A stretch of DNA of 64,000 nt from Alphaproteobacteria bacterium (GTDB lineage Bacteria > Pseudomonadota > Alphaproteobacteria > GCA-2746255), in assembly GCA_965249135.1 (NCBI GenBank), contig OZ252220.1, positions 64,001 to 128,000 of the forward strand. The letters are read 5' to 3'. The translations under genes were made by a program, and so were the position numbers. This document shows, one piece after another, positions 1-10,980 of this stretch (positions are counted from its first letter, which is position 1; each line of letters opens with the position of its first letter). The notes beneath the pieces were generated by a model that was not told where the DNA came from, did not search any database, and worked only from the letters and a program-made list of their open reading frames with translations.

Positions 1-1
1 A

Positions 2-814
2 TATTGGAATGACCATTACCCGGACGTGGACGATACGGCCGTCGTCGCGATGGCAATGCATCGTTTCGACAAGGAACGCTACGGCGAGGCGATCGCCCGC
101 GCCGCAGAATGGATCGTCGGCATGCAAAGCGCGAATGGTGGATGGGGGGCGTTCGATGCCGAGAACGCGCATTATGGTCTCAATCACATTCCCTTTGCCG
201 ATCATGGTGCACTCTTGGACCCGCCAACCGCTGACGTGAGCGCGCGATGCCTGGGGTTTCTAGCCCAGATCGGCTATCCGAAGGATCACCCCGTCGTCGC
301 TCGCGGCTTAACGTTCCTGAAGCGGGAGCAAGAGGAGGACGGTTCGTGGTTCGGCCGCTGGGGCACGAATTACATCTATGGAACCTGGTCGGCCCTTTGT
401 GCCTTTCAGGCACTGGGCGAAGATCCGGCGGCACCCCACATCCGCAAGGCGGTGGAGGGGCTGAAGGCCCGCCAGCGGGAAGACGGCGGCTGGGGCGAGG
501 ACGAGGCGACCTACTGGAAAGAGCGCCGCCATAAGGTCAAGGCAAGCACGGCCTCGCAGACGGCTTGGGCGGTGCTGGGCCTGCTGGCGGCCGGCGAGGT
601 CAGGAGCGAGGCGGTGAGGCGGGGCATCGCCTACCTGCTGGATGCGCCTCGGACCTGCGCGAAATGGCAGGAAGAATGGTACACGGCCGTCGGATTCCCA
701 CGCGTCTTCTACCTCCGCTATCACGGTTACAGCGCCTATTTTCCGGTTTGGGCGCTGACGCGCTATCGGAATCTCCTCCGCGGCAACGCACCGACCACGC
801 GGTACGGAATGTGA
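2..814 (+). CDS. shc: Squalene-hopene cyclase, C-terminal part (5' end outside window)
   Basis: Frame from base 2 reads YWNDHYPDVDDTAVV (DxDDTA catalytic motif); QW repeats (QEEDGSWFGRWG, QREDGGWGE); GFPRVFYLRYHGY C-terminus. Confidence 0.97.
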   Translation, partial: YWNDHYPDVDDTAVVAMAMHRFDKERYGEAIARAAEWIVGMQSANGGWGAFDAENAHYGLNHIPFADHGALLDPPTADVSARCLGFLAQIGYPKDHPVVARGLTFLKREQEEDGSWFGRWGTNYIYGTWSALCAFQALGEDPAAPHIRKAVEGLKARQREDGGWGEDEATYWKERRHKVKASTASQTAWAVLGLLAAGEVRSEAVRRGIAYLLDAPRTCAKWQEEWYTAVGFPRVFYLRYHGYSAYFPVWALTRYRNLLRGNAPTTRYGM

Positions 815-1509
815 CGCGGCTTGGATTCGTCACCGGCCTTCGCGGGGAAGCAGCCATCATCGAGGCGGCCTCCAGGAGCCTGCCGGAGGCGATACGGCCG
901 CTCCTTTACTGCGGGGGTGCACATACGGACCGGGCCCAGACCGGTGCCCTGCGTCTGGTGGAAGCGGGCGCCGGCGCATTGGTAAGTTTTGGCATTGCAG
1001 GTGGCTTGGCTCCGGGCCTTGTTTCGGGAAGCCTGATCCTTGCCTCCACCATTCAGGTTGCGGGCGAGCCATCGCTCGGTGTCGATCTCGAGTGGCGGGA
1101 CCGGCTTTGTGAGCGCATAGGCGCCGCCATCGAACCGCAACTCAGCGAAATGGTGGGAAGCCATGTGGTGGTTCAAACCACCGATGACAAAGCCCGCCTT
1201 TTTGGCGAAACCCCGGGCCTTGCCGTCGATATGGAAAGCCATACCGTGGCCAGGGTAGCGCGCGAACGCGCCTTGCCCTTTTTGGTAGTTCGCGCCATCG
1301 CGGACACGGCCGCCATGCCGATCCCGAACGCCGCGCTTGCAGGCGTCGGGCCAGGCGGCGAAACACGCGCCTTTGCCGTGCTTAAGCAGGCCGCCTTCGC
1401 GCCATGGGAGTGGCCGGCGCTCTTGCGTCTTGGGGGCGCGCACCAAAAGGCATTGGGCGTGCTCCGGCGCACCGTGCGCCTCGCCGGGGCCAACCTTGCC
1501 TACGAATAG
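811..1509 (+). CDS. hpnG: Hopanoid-associated phosphorylase/nucleosidase HpnG
   Basis: GTG at 811 overlaps the shc stop; SFGIAGGL, AVDMES and VVRAIAD are PNP/MTA nucleosidase motifs; located after shc. Confidence 0.85.
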   Translation: MTRLGFVTGLRGEAAIIEAASRSLPEAIRPLLYCGGAHTDRAQTGALRLVEAGAGALVSFGIAGGLAPGLVSGSLILASTIQVAGEPSLGVDLEWRDRLCERIGAAIEPQLSEMVGSHVVVQTTDDKARLFGETPGLAVDMESHTVARVARERALPFLVVRAIADTAAMPIPNAALAGVGPGGETRAFAVLKQAAFAPWEWPALLRLGGAHQKALGVLRRTVRLAGANLAYE

Positions 1510-1531
1510 AAGGATTTAAAACGTCGCTTGG

Positions 1532-2656
1532 TTAAGCAGCGTCGCTCGTGTGGTCTTCTTCGAGAAACTTCTCCACGTGCTTCTCGAAGACGTATTCTGC
1601 CTTGCGTTGATTCGAAAGGGCGATCTCCGGGGCCATCGGACCGTCCGTGCGGACACCGGAAAGCGCAACTTTTAGCGCCCTCAACGGGTGCGAGACCGTA
1701 TCGTTCACGGCCGTCGGCTCGTAACCGCAATGCACCATGCAGTTTGCGCATTTTTCATAATTGCCGGTGCCGTATTTCTCCCATGCCGTTTCTTCCATGA
1801 GTTCCTTCCAGGTTCGTGCGTACCCCTCGCCCAGAAGGTAACAGGGGCGTTGCCAGCCAAAGATGTTGCGCGTCGGATTTCCCCAGGGGGTGCAATGGTA
1901 GGATTGATTGCCGGCGAGGAAATCAAGGTACAGGCTGGATTGCGAAAAACGCCATTTCTTTCCTTTTCCATGCCGAAAAATGTCACGGAAAAGCTGGCGC
2001 GTTTTCTGGCGGCTTAAGAAATGTTCCTGATCTGGTGCCCGTTCGTAGGCATAACCAGGCGAAATCGTGATTCCATCGACACCTAGATTTTCCATTACGT
2101 AAGAAAAGAAATCTGCCATCTCCTTTGCATTCGTGCCGTCAAACAGGGTGCAATTTACATTTACCCGGAAGCCCTTTTCGGCTGCTAAGCGAATTGCCCG
2201 CAGGGCCCGGTCGAAGACGCCCTCCTGGCAAACGGCCTTGTCGTGGGTTTTGCGGTCACCGTCCAGGTGAACGGAGAAAGTGAGGTACAGGCTCGGCTTG
2301 AAAAGGTGCAGCTTCTTTTCCAGCAGAAGCGCGTTCGTGCACAGATAAACGAACTTCTTTCGGGCCACGATCCCCTCGACGATTTCTTTGATTTCCTTGT
2401 GCAGAAGGGGTTCGCCACCCGGAATGGAGACCACTGGCGCGCCGCATTCATCGACGGCGTCGAGGCATTCCTCGACGCTCAAGCGCTTGTTCAGGATTTC
2501 GTCTGGGTAATCGATCTTCCCGCAGCCGGCGCAAGCCAGATTGCAGCGGAACAATGGCTCCAGCATGAGGACGAGCGGATAACGTTTTGCGCCCCCTAAG
2601 CGTTGCTTCAGAACGTAAGCACCGACGCGAACTTGTTGAATAAGCGGTACCGCCAT
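1532..2656 (-). CDS. hpnH: Adenosyl-hopene transferase, radical SAM HpnH
   Basis: [19 protein letters not shown] (CxxxCxxC), [19 protein letters not shown]. Confidence 0.96.
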   Translation of the reverse strand: MAVPLIQQVRVGAYVLKQRLGGAKRYPLVLMLEPLFRCNLACAGCGKIDYPDEILNKRLSVEECLDAVDECGAPVVSIPGGEPLLHKEIKEIVEGIVARKKFVYLCTNALLLEKKLHLFKPSLYLTFSVHLDGDRKTHDKAVCQEGVFDRALRAIRLAAEKGFRVNVNCTLFDGTNAKEMADFFSYVMENLGVDGITISPGYAYERAPDQEHFLSRQKTRQLFRDIFRHGKGKKWRFSQSSLYLDFLAGNQSYHCTPWGNPTRNIFGWQRPCYLLGEGYARTWKELMEETAWEKYGTGNYEKCANCMVHCGYEPTAVNDTVSHPLRALKVALSGVRTDGPMAPEIALSNQRKAEYVFEKHVEKFLEEDHTSDAA

Positions 2657-2677
2657 CTGGCTTTCGTCCTTCGCCCC

Positions 2678-3646
2678 TTAGGCGGTCATCGGCTGCTGGG
2701 TGTCCAACAACTCCGGCGGAAGCTTGAATTGAACGTGTTCCTCTATTCCTATTAGCGCCTTGACTTCCAACTCGCCGAAATCGCCAAGTCGCTGAATCAC
2801 TTCCTGCACAAGTTGTTCCGGTGCCGAGGCGCCAGCCGTAATGCCAATCGTGCCGATCCCGTGCAGCCATTCCGGCTCCAGGCCACGCGAATCCTCGATC
2901 AAATAACTCGGCAGTCCCATCTCGAGACCGATCTCGCGCAGCCGGTTCGAATTCGAACTGTTCGGAGCGCCGACGACGAGCAGCAGATCGACCTCCTTCG
3001 CGAGGTGACGCACGGATTCCTGGCGATTTTGGGTCGCGTAACAAATGTCCTTCACGTCAGGACCCTGGATGTTGGGGAAGCGCTTCATCAACGCCTCAAT
3101 CACATCCCGGGTATCGTCAACGCTCAGGGTCGTCTGAGTAATGTAGGCAAGCTTGTTTGAATCCCGTACCCGAAGTCGATCAACGTCGGCGGGCTCCGAG
3201 ATGAGAAGAACGCCTCCGGGGATTTGCCCGCGCGTCCCTTCGACTTCCGGATGGCCTTCGTGGCCGATCAGGATGATTTCATAGCCTCGCTCGGCGTAGC
3301 GTTGCCCTTCCTTGTGCACCTTTGAGACGAGCGGACACGTTGCATCGATTACCGGCAAACCGCGATCTTGCGCATCTGCAAGCACTTTTCTGGAAACGCC
3401 ATGGGCGCTGAAGACGGTGACCGCACCGTCCGGCACCTCATCGAGCTCATGGACGAATCGTGCCCCCTTCGCGCGCAGGGCTTCCACCACATGTTTGTTA
3501 TGGACAATTTCATGGCGCACATAAACGGGTGGACCATATTTCTCAAGCGCGCGGTTGACGATTTCGATGGCCCGCTCGACGCCGGCACAAAAACCGCGCG
3601 GTTGAGCAAGGAGGACCCGAATTTTACGTTGGCTTGTCGAGGTCAT
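2678..3646 (-). CDS. ispH: 4-hydroxy-3-methylbut-2-enyl diphosphate reductase
   Basis: [34 protein letters not shown] motifs; start moved to ATG 3646. Confidence 0.96.
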   Translation of the reverse strand: MTSTSQRKIRVLLAQPRGFCAGVERAIEIVNRALEKYGPPVYVRHEIVHNKHVVEALRAKGARFVHELDEVPDGAVTVFSAHGVSRKVLADAQDRGLPVIDATCPLVSKVHKEGQRYAERGYEIILIGHEGHPEVEGTRGQIPGGVLLISEPADVDRLRVRDSNKLAYITQTTLSVDDTRDVIEALMKRFPNIQGPDVKDICYATQNRQESVRHLAKEVDLLLVVGAPNSSNSNRLREIGLEMGLPSYLIEDSRGLEPEWLHGIGTIGITAGASAPEQLVQEVIQRLGDFGELEVKALIGIEEHVQFKLPPELLDTQQPMTA

Positions 3647-3907
3647 AAGGAATCCACGTCTCTTTATTCGGCCTGTCTGCCTTTTTCGGGCAAGGGCGAG
3701 GAATAGATAAGGCAGCCAAGGCGTCGGTTGCAATGATAATAATTTGCTTAAAACCTAAAAAAAGCAAAGATTTAAGGACGGCAGAAATCGATCTATCTCA
3801 GGGTGGCGCTTTCGGCCGTTCATCGTGTAGCTCGGGCGTGGCAGAATGTCCCTAAGTTTTTTGTCCTTTTTCCATTCCTCCATGGGGATTTGGCATGGGG
3901 ATTTTGG

Positions 3908-4912
3908 ATGACGACCCTGCTCACCGGTGCATCCGGTTTTGTCGGCTCGGCGGTTCTTCGGGCACTGCTTGCTTCGGGTCATGAGGTGCGGGTGTTGCTG
4001 CGCGAGACGAGCGATCGACGAAATCTCGAGGGGCTCGATGTCGAGATCGTCACGGGTGATCTATGCGACCGGGCATCACTTGATCCGGCGCTTCGCGGGT
4101 GCGAGGCCCTTTTTCATGTTGCCGCCGATTACCGTATCTGGACACGAAATCCGGCAACCATCTACAAAAACAATGTGACGGGCACCCGTCAGATTCTTGA
4201 AGCAGCCGGAGAGGTGGGCGTCACACGCATCGTGCATACGAGCAGCGTTGCGGCCTTGGGATTGCCGAAGAATGGGGGCGCGGGAGATGAGGAAACGCCA
4301 GTCACCCTTGCCGACATGATCGGGCACTACAAACGCTCGAAATTTCTTGCCGAAGAGGAAGTCCGGCGCCTCGTTGCCCAAGGCCTTCCGGTTACCACCG
4401 TCAATCCTTCTGCGCCGGTCGGTCCCCGCGACATCAAGCCCACACCCACCGGCCAGATGATCATCGAGGCCGCTTCCGGGCGTATGCCGGTCTACGTCGA
4501 CACCGGCTTAAGCGTCGTTCACGTTGAAGACGTGGCGAAAGGTCATCTCCTTGCCTTTGAGAAAGGCGAGATCGGCAGACGCTACGTGCTCGGAGGCGAA
4601 AATCTAACCCTTCGCCAGATCCTAGAGAAGATCGCCGACATTACCGGCCGTTCGGGGCCAAAGTTTTGCGTGCCTCATAACTTTATTCTCCCCATCGCGG
4701 CCATTGCGGAGACGTGGACAAGGCTAAGCAGCGGTGACCAACCCTTCGTTTCGATTGACAGTGTCCGAATGTCGAAGAAGCGGATGTTCTATTCCAGCGA
4801 ACGGGCACAAAAAGAACTTGGCTACAGCCCACGACCTGCCGACGCAGCGCTTCGAGACGCCATCGAATGGTTTGCAAAGCACCAATATTGCCCGACGCCG
4901 AGCAAGTCCTAA
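3908..4912 (+). CDS. hpnA: Hopanoid-associated NAD-dependent epimerase/dehydratase HpnA
   Basis: TGASGFVG Rossmann motif, FHVAADYR, YKRSK, DIKPTPTG; start ATG 3908. Confidence 0.9.
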   Translation: MTTLLTGASGFVGSAVLRALLASGHEVRVLLRETSDRRNLEGLDVEIVTGDLCDRASLDPALRGCEALFHVAADYRIWTRNPATIYKNNVTGTRQILEAAGEVGVTRIVHTSSVAALGLPKNGGAGDEETPVTLADMIGHYKRSKFLAEEEVRRLVAQGLPVTTVNPSAPVGPRDIKPTPTGQMIIEAASGRMPVYVDTGLSVVHVEDVAKGHLLAFEKGEIGRRYVLGGENLTLRQILEKIADITGRSGPKFCVPHNFILPIAAIAETWTRLSSGDQPFVSIDSVRMSKKRMFYSSERAQKELGYSPRPADAALRDAIEWFAKHQYCPTPSKS

Positions 4913-7518
4913 CTTCCCTTTCGTCGAATCGTCATTAGCGCTGGAATAAGGGTCAGCGTACAGATCATCACCAGAACCAGAGCAACGGTCAACAGCATGC
5001 CCATGCTGGCGGTACCAACATGCGTCGAGAGAGTAAGGCTTGCAAAAGAACCGACCGTCGTCAGCGCGCTGAACACGACGGCACGTGGTGTGCTGGTACG
5101 AAGGACATCGTCGCTCATGCTGTTTCGCTCCCGAAGAACGAAATGAATGCCATTCGCCACGCCAAGTCCTAGAATCAGGGGAAGGACGATGACATTTGCA
5201 AAGTTGAAGGGAATGTTGAAAAGCACTCCAAGCAGGTTCGTCAAAACGGCGGCAAGGCCAAGCGGAGCAAGTACGAGAAAAATGTCGGAGACTCGCTGCA
5301 GCACGATGGCGAGCAGCAGCGTGATGAGAACGAGCGCAAGGACCGTCGCTTGCCAAAAGGCGTCGATGACGGCTTTGACGGCGCCGACCATCACGATCGG
5401 ATCGCCAGTAGCGTTCGGAGCAATGGCCTGAACGGCGGTGGTGAAACGGAGAAGACTCTCCGGATCCTTCGGATTCTCGGCCGGTCGAACCTCAACCCGT
5501 GCTCGGCCATCGTCGGTCACGAAACGTGCGAGAAGCGATTCCGGTAGCATCGCAAAGCTCACGCGTTCCGCAGTAAGCGCGATACGAAGGTGGGCCAATT
5601 GCTTGAAGAGGGTGCCCAGAACTCGCTTCTCGAGCGCATCGAGCGGCGGGCTCTCGGGGAAGGCCGCATCCAGGCGTCGCAAGGCCTCGGCAAGTCGCAC
5701 CGCCGCCTGCACGTGATCGGCAGATGGATTTTCCGTGGCCAAGCGTTTGATGTTTTCATGGAAATCGGAAAACGATTTTTGACGGTCCGCCTCCGCGGGC
5801 CGGGGCGTCTTTCCCTCCATCATCAGAACAGGCAGCAGAATCACGGAGAGGTCTTCAAGCAGCAGCAGTTTTTCATCTTGATCTGCGGGTACGAAATCCT
5901 GGGGTATGAGGACACCGTTCACTTCCGGCAGCGCTGAAAGCTTTTCCTTTAGCGTTGTCGCTTCCTCGAGATTGTCGGCAAGGATCGTAATCGCATAAGG
6001 ATCGATCTCTCCCTCCTTCAGGAGATCCTGTAAGGTGCGCATGGCTTCGCTGTTTGGGTTCTGAAGGTTCAGCGGATCGAAGTCGAACCGAGCAAAAGGC
6101 AGGGCGGCAAGGCCGGTAACGGCCAGCAAGCCGCTTATCACGACGATCGCCCAGGCGTAGCGGCGAACGATTCCAGGGAAATCAAAAGGCAGAATCGGCG
6201 GCGGGGTTGCCCTGCGTGGCGGCATCCAGGCGAGAAACGCGGGCAGGATCGAGAGATTCGCAAAAAGCGCGATGAACATGCTCGTTCCGGCAATCAATCC
6301 AAGTTCGGCGAGCCCACGGTAGTCCGTTGGCAGGAATGCATAGAAACCGATGGCTGCCGCGACAGCGCAGAAGGTAAGGGCACCGCCGGCCCCTTCTGCC
6401 GTGCACTCAAGGGCGGATGCGACGTTCATGTCCTTCTCGAGTGCTTCCCGGAAGCGGAGCGAAAAGTGAATCCCGAAATCGACGCTTAATCCGACGAAGA
6501 GAACGACGAAAGCGACGGAAATCAAGTTGAGGTGGCCAACGGCGAAGGCAGCAAAGGCAAGACTCCAGACGAGGCCCATGATCAATGTCAGCAAGGCGGC
6601 CAACACCAACCGTGCCGAGCGAAGGCCGATCAGGAGAAAACCCGTTACCAGCGTCACAGAAACCGTGCCTACGAGGCCCATCCCTTCCTGGATGCTCTGA
6701 AGTTCCGCCTGGTCGAGGGCGGCGAAGCCGGTCAGACGAAGGCGAACGTCGTTTCGGGGGTCAAGCGAGGCGGCGACCTCTCGGATCGTTTCCATGGCGG
6801 TCTTCGCTGGCGTGAGGGTCGAGTAATCCAGGACCGGCTGTACGGCGATCAATTGCCGTCCTACGGAAGAAATCGCTTCCCCTTTCATCATCTTTTTCCA
6901 CGACATGTCGTGCAGTCGGTGTTCCGCCATTGCCTCGACGACTTCAGTGAGCCCGTTGAAAACCCGACTCAACCCTTTTGCATCTTCGGGTTTTTTCTCA
7001 AGAACGTCGTCAATCGCTAGCCCCAGCATTTCGAACAGGCCATTAAGGGTGAGGTTCTTCGCAAGGGTTCCGAGAAAAGGCTGATTCTCGGAAAGACGTA
7101 GCGCAAGATCGTCGAGTTCCTCGGTGTCGAGATAAAGAAAGCCGTGTTTCTCGAAATAGGGGTCGGCGGGTGGGTAAAAAATGTTCCGGAACAGATCCGT
7201 TCGCTCGCGTAGGCGTTTGGTAAGGTCTTCGGCCAGGATGTCCACGTAATCCGGATTGTCGCCTTCGAGAACGACAAGGATGACGTCCGAATATTGTGGG
7301 AAGGCTGCCTTTATCGTTTTGGCGTGTTTCCGGAACGGGAGCTCGGGCGAAAGCAGATCCGTCGTCCGCGTATTGATGCCGAGCGTGTCGACAGTATAGG
7401 CGGCAAGGCCCAAGGTCGCAGCGACGGCAACGAAAATAACCGTCCGCGCCCGGTGGTGGACAATGGCTATCCACCGGATGAGTATTTGGCGATACCAGTT
7501 GGTTATTCTGCTAATCAC
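4909..7518 (-). CDS. hpnN: Hopanoid RND/MMPL transporter HpnN
   Basis: 869 aa with two RND TM blocks; LNLISVAFVVLFVGLSVDFGIH and FDFDPLNL; hpn context. Confidence 0.9.
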   Translation of the reverse strand: MISRITNWYRQILIRWIAIVHHRARTVIFVAVAATLGLAAYTVDTLGINTRTTDLLSPELPFRKHAKTIKAAFPQYSDVILVVLEGDNPDYVDILAEDLTKRLRERTDLFRNIFYPPADPYFEKHGFLYLDTEELDDLALRLSENQPFLGTLAKNLTLNGLFEMLGLAIDDVLEKKPEDAKGLSRVFNGLTEVVEAMAEHRLHDMSWKKMMKGEAISSVGRQLIAVQPVLDYSTLTPAKTAMETIREVAASLDPRNDVRLRLTGFAALDQAELQSIQEGMGLVGTVSVTLVTGFLLIGLRSARLVLAALLTLIMGLVWSLAFAAFAVGHLNLISVAFVVLFVGLSVDFGIHFSLRFREALEKDMNVASALECTAEGAGGALTFCAVAAAIGFYAFLPTDYRGLAELGLIAGTSMFIALFANLSILPAFLAWMPPRRATPPPILPFDFPGIVRRYAWAIVVISGLLAVTGLAALPFARFDFDPLNLQNPNSEAMRTLQDLLKEGEIDPYAITILADNLEEATTLKEKLSALPEVNGVLIPQDFVPADQDEKLLLLEDLSVILLPVLMMEGKTPRPAEADRQKSFSDFHENIKRLATENPSADHVQAAVRLAEALRRLDAAFPESPPLDALEKRVLGTLFKQLAHLRIALTAERVSFAMLPESLLARFVTDDGRARVEVRPAENPKDPESLLRFTTAVQAIAPNATGDPIVMVGAVKAVIDAFWQATVLALVLITLLLAIVLQRVSDIFLVLAPLGLAAVLTNLLGVLFNIPFNFANVIVLPLILGLGVANGIHFVLRERNSMSDDVLRTSTPRAVVFSALTTVGSFASLTLSTHVGTASMGMLLTVALVLVMICTLTLIPALMTIRRKGS

Positions 7519-7692
7519 GGGAACGTCGTTTTCCTTGAAAAAGCGCCGCCTAGTTCTGGCTAGGCCGGCGGCAAGAAGGGGTCAAAGGCCTGCGGAAGGA
7601 TAGGGTGGTGTTTTCTCATCCGGAAATGCTTAAATATTATGGTCTCACCAGGGGCGCAAGAAGGGACGGGAGAGTCCCGAAAGGAAGGGTAC

Positions 7693-8307
7693 ATGCCACT
7701 CCGTCGGCTAAGGCAGATCCTGTACATCGCCATCGCCGCCATCTTTTTGGCGCTGCCGATACGCGCCGAGCCGTCTGGGCCGGCCGAGGTCGTCGAGAAA
7801 CTCCATGATAAGCTGATTTCGACCATGCAGCAGGCAAAGGAGCTTGGCTATGCGGGCAGGCGGGACGTGCTAACCCCCATCCTTCTAGCCACCTATGATC
7901 TCCGCCGCATGGCACGCGTGACGGTGGGGCGCCATTGGAAGGCCATGGCCGATGATCAGAAAGACTCGCTTGTCGAGTCATTTACGGCAATGACGCTCTC
8001 GAATTACGCTTTGCGTTTCGATGGTTTCTCGGGGGAGTATTTCGAAACGCTTGGTACCGTTGAAACGCCGCACGGGTATACCATCGTTCAAACACAAATC
8101 GTAACCTCCGACGAAAAGATCCGTATCGACTATCTTCTTCGAAAGTCGGACGATGGATGGGGGATTATTGATGTCTTTCTTAAGGGGACGATAAGCGAGC
8201 TTGCTGCGCGACGTTCCGAATACATGAGCGTCATCCGTGACCGTGGGGTGGACGCGTTGATTGACGCTGTGCGTGAAAAGGCCGCTAGCCTGGCCGAAGC
8301 ACGCTGA
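7693..8307 (+). CDS. hpnM: HpnM / MlaC (Ttg2D)-family periplasmic lipid shuttle
   Basis: Signal peptide; IDYLLR and WGIIDVFLKGTISELAARRSEY MlaC motifs; SD aaggaagg before ATG 7693. Confidence 0.8.
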   Translation: MPLRRLRQILYIAIAAIFLALPIRAEPSGPAEVVEKLHDKLISTMQQAKELGYAGRRDVLTPILLATYDLRRMARVTVGRHWKAMADDQKDSLVESFTAMTLSNYALRFDGFSGEYFETLGTVETPHGYTIVQTQIVTSDEKIRIDYLLRKSDDGWGIIDVFLKGTISELAARRSEYMSVIRDRGVDALIDAVREKAASLAEAR

Positions 8308-8336
8308 CGGCTGATTCCTTTGCCACGGTTGGTGGT

Positions 8337-8774
8337 ATGCGACGCATTTTCCTTCTTTTGCTGTTTGGACCATGCTTGCCGGTGTTCGTTTTTGCTTCGG
8401 CTGCAGCCGCAGACCTCCGTGTTCAAATAAACGAACCTCAAAACCGCAACGGTGTGATGCGGTTTGCGCTCTATGATCGCGCACCTGGATTCCCCACCCA
8501 TGAGGGCCGATTCGCCCATCTTGACATACCGGTTCCGAAAAAGGGGGAGGTCGAAGCCGTCTTTACGAACCTCCCTCCAGGAACCTATGCAGTTGCCGCC
8601 TATCATGACGAGAATGCAAACGGTGAATTCGATCAGGGGTTCTTAGGCTTTCCGTTGGAAGGCTATGGATTCAGTAACGACGCCCGTGGCTTTTTAAGCG
8701 CCCCCAGCTTTTCTTCTGCAGCGGTCATTCTGGGAAAGGACGGGGAAACAATCCGGCTTCGGCTGTCGTATTAA
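8337..8774 (+). CDS. DUF2141-family secreted protein
   Basis: Signal peptide; GTYAVAAYHDENANGEFD...GFPLEGYGFSND pattern. Confidence 0.8.
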   Translation: MRRIFLLLLFGPCLPVFVFASAAAADLRVQINEPQNRNGVMRFALYDRAPGFPTHEGRFAHLDIPVPKKGEVEAVFTNLPPGTYAVAAYHDENANGEFDQGFLGFPLEGYGFSNDARGFLSAPSFSSAAVILGKDGETIRLRLSY

Positions 8775-8785
8775 GCTGAGGAACC

Positions 8786-8820
8786 AAAAACAAAAAACGG
8801 CGCCCGGATGGAGCACCGTT
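8786..8820 (-). terminator. Probable rho-independent terminator after mlaA/vacJ
   Basis: Minus strand AACGGTGCTC...GGGCGCCGTT stem followed by TTTTGTTTTT. Confidence 0.55.
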
Positions 8821-8843
8821 CGAACTAGCAAGCCAAGGTTTGG

Positions 8844-9608
8844 CTAGTCGCCGTTCTCAAAATCCATATAGGTATATCCGAAAGGACTGCCCTCGCCATC
8901 GAGGGGGAGTTTCCCATCATGGATCTTATCAAGCCGATCCTGCCGGTAGAGGCTCCGGATCGTGGCATATAGATCGATGGCAGTCCGCTGAAGGTCGTCA
9001 AACCGTTCGATGTTCTGTTCGCGCCGATCAATCGCAATGAGGCCGGCCCGAGCAAAGGTAATCCAATCCTTGTCTTCATGATTGGCCGCGAATCGGAAGG
9101 GGTCGGCGAAACTGTCGACCAAGGCGCCGACAAGATCCCGCGGGTTCGAGGGTCCCAAGAGCGGCAGCATCAAATACGGCCCTTCCGGAACGCCCCAAAC
9201 AGCCATGGTTTGCCCGAAATCCTCGACATGGGATTCCAAGCCCCAGCCCGAAGCAATGTCGAAGAGACCGACGACACCAACCGTCGAGTTAATGGTGAAT
9301 CGCCCTACCGTCGTCGCTCCGCGTTCGAATTTCCCCTGAAGGAGGTCGTTCGCGAGAATGGTCGGCGCCAAGAGGTTTCGAAGGGCATTGCGGATGCTTT
9401 TCCGGACCATCTCGGGAAAGACGAAGCGATATCCCTGGGCCAGTGGCTTGAAGGCCATCCGATCGAGGAACAGGTTGGCGTCGAGAATGCCCCTATTCAC
9501 ATATTCCATAGGATCGTTCACGTCCCCTTCCTGGGCTTGGGCCTTCGACGGAGAAAGCCCCAGCGCGCCAAGAACAACGAAAACCGCAATGATTCGGAGG
9601 AGTCGCAT
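8844..9608 (-). CDS. vacJ: MlaA/VacJ family protein
   Basis: DPMEYVNR, RFTINSTVGVVGLFD, EDFGQT, GPYLMLPLLGPS; start 9608 or 9644. Confidence 0.9.
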   Translation of the reverse strand: MRLLRIIAVFVVLGALGLSPSKAQAQEGDVNDPMEYVNRGILDANLFLDRMAFKPLAQGYRFVFPEMVRKSIRNALRNLLAPTILANDLLQGKFERGATTVGRFTINSTVGVVGLFDIASGWGLESHVEDFGQTMAVWGVPEGPYLMLPLLGPSNPRDLVGALVDSFADPFRFAANHEDKDWITFARAGLIAIDRREQNIERFDDLQRTAIDLYATIRSLYRQDRLDKIHDGKLPLDGEGSPFGYTYMDFENGD

Positions 9609-9919
9609 CCGAAGCAGTTTAGAAAGGGACCGGCCTGCACCCATCTACCCACTCCTTGACTATGGTCAATTTACTAGACTTTTCAGAAAGATACCATCGT
9701 TTTAACCATGTGGCAAACGCCCAGTTCCCACGAGGGGCGGGGAGCATCTAAACGGAATTTTCTTACCATTTCCTTGCCGGCCCCCAGATCCTTTGGATGG
9801 CTTCGTTCTGTCGAAAATCGGCCAGAGGCTTGCTCGCACTTTGCACGACCGCCTAACATAGCGTCATGGGGCAGGGGCCTTTGGTGTAGGCGAAAGAGGT
9901 GAGCTCTAGAGGACCGAAA

Positions 9920-10690
9920 ATGTCTAATCCCATTCTTTCCGTAACCGACAAGGACGCCTTTCGGCGGGATGGATTCGTCATCGTCCGGCAGCTTTTCGAT
10001 GTGGATGAGATGCGCCAGGTCGAAGTATGGACGAACGAAGTTGTCGCCATGCCGGAGGTTCCTGGAAAGCAGATGGTCTATTACGAGGATAGCCTCAAGG
10101 AGCCTGGCAAGCGTGTGCTCCAGCGGATCGAGAATTTCGCACCCTATCATGAGGGGCTTTGGGAGCTTTTCAATGGGTCGAAGATGCGAGGCCCCGTCTC
10201 GGAACTCTTTGGCGAACCGGCAGTTCTGTTCAAGGAGAAGATCAACTTCAAATTGCCGGGCGGGGGCGGGTTCAAGCTGCATCAGGATCAGCAGGCCGGC
10301 TGGGGGGTCTATGCCGATTTGTTCATTACGATGCTTGTCAGCATCGATGATGCAATGATAGAGAACGGCTGTCTCGAACTTGCGGCCGGCCATCATGCCA
10401 AAGGTCTCATAGGAAAGGTGTGGGAACCCTTAAACGAGGAGGATGCGAGCCGAGAAAGGTTGGATCTCGTTTCCTTCGCGAGCCAAGCTGGGGATGCGGC
10501 GATATTTAATTCCTTCGTGCCGCACCAATCGAAGCCGAATCGCACGAACGAACCGCGGCGGGTGCTATATGTGACCTACAACAAGGCATCGGCCGGCGAC
10601 CACCGGGTCCAGTACTACGCCGACAAACGGCAAAACTATCCGCCGGATATCGAACGGGAAGCGGGCAAAGACTACGTGTTTCGCGTTTGA
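9920..10690 (+). CDS. PhyH-family Fe(II)/2-oxoglutarate dioxygenase, PhnY-like (AEP 1-hydroxylase candidate)
   Basis: HQD...H metal triad; LFKEKINFKLPGGGGF, ENGCL, FNSFVPH, RRVLYVTYN and YYADKRQNYPPDIERE resemble remembered PhnY motifs; phosphonate context. Confidence 0.75.
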   Translation: MSNPILSVTDKDAFRRDGFVIVRQLFDVDEMRQVEVWTNEVVAMPEVPGKQMVYYEDSLKEPGKRVLQRIENFAPYHEGLWELFNGSKMRGPVSELFGEPAVLFKEKINFKLPGGGGFKLHQDQQAGWGVYADLFITMLVSIDDAMIENGCLELAAGHHAKGLIGKVWEPLNEEDASRERLDLVSFASQAGDAAIFNSFVPHQSKPNRTNEPRRVLYVTYNKASAGDHRVQYYADKRQNYPPDIEREAGKDYVFRV

Positions 10691-10716
10691 GTCAACTATC
10701 GAAAAGGTGAGCCCAC

Positions 10717-10977
10717 GTGAATAACGTGTCGAGCTGGGATCAACGCATGGGCCGATTGCTTGCTCGGGGACTGGCCCGTACTCCGATAACTCCAAATCAC
10801 GTCTCGCTCTTTTCACTCTTCATCGCAGTGACGGGCGCGGCCCTCTTTGCGGCCGGCAAGGAAACGTGGGCGTATTGGGGAGCCAGCTTTTTCGTTCTCG
10901 GACGCGTGGTCGACCACGTTGATGGCGCGCTTGCCCGGCTCACCGGAAAAACGCTTGGTACCGTGAAGGGGACCTGA
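10717..10977 (+). pseudogene. Truncated CDP-alcohol phosphatidyltransferase
   Basis: 86 aa with TPN and DHVDGALARLTG, then stops before the G-x3-D-x3-D half of the motif. Confidence 0.7.
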
Positions 10978-10980
10978 AGT

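Noticed and set aside
565-810. Long N-terminal extension of HpnG
   Set aside because: Lies inside shc; GTG 811 overlapping the shc stop is the natural start
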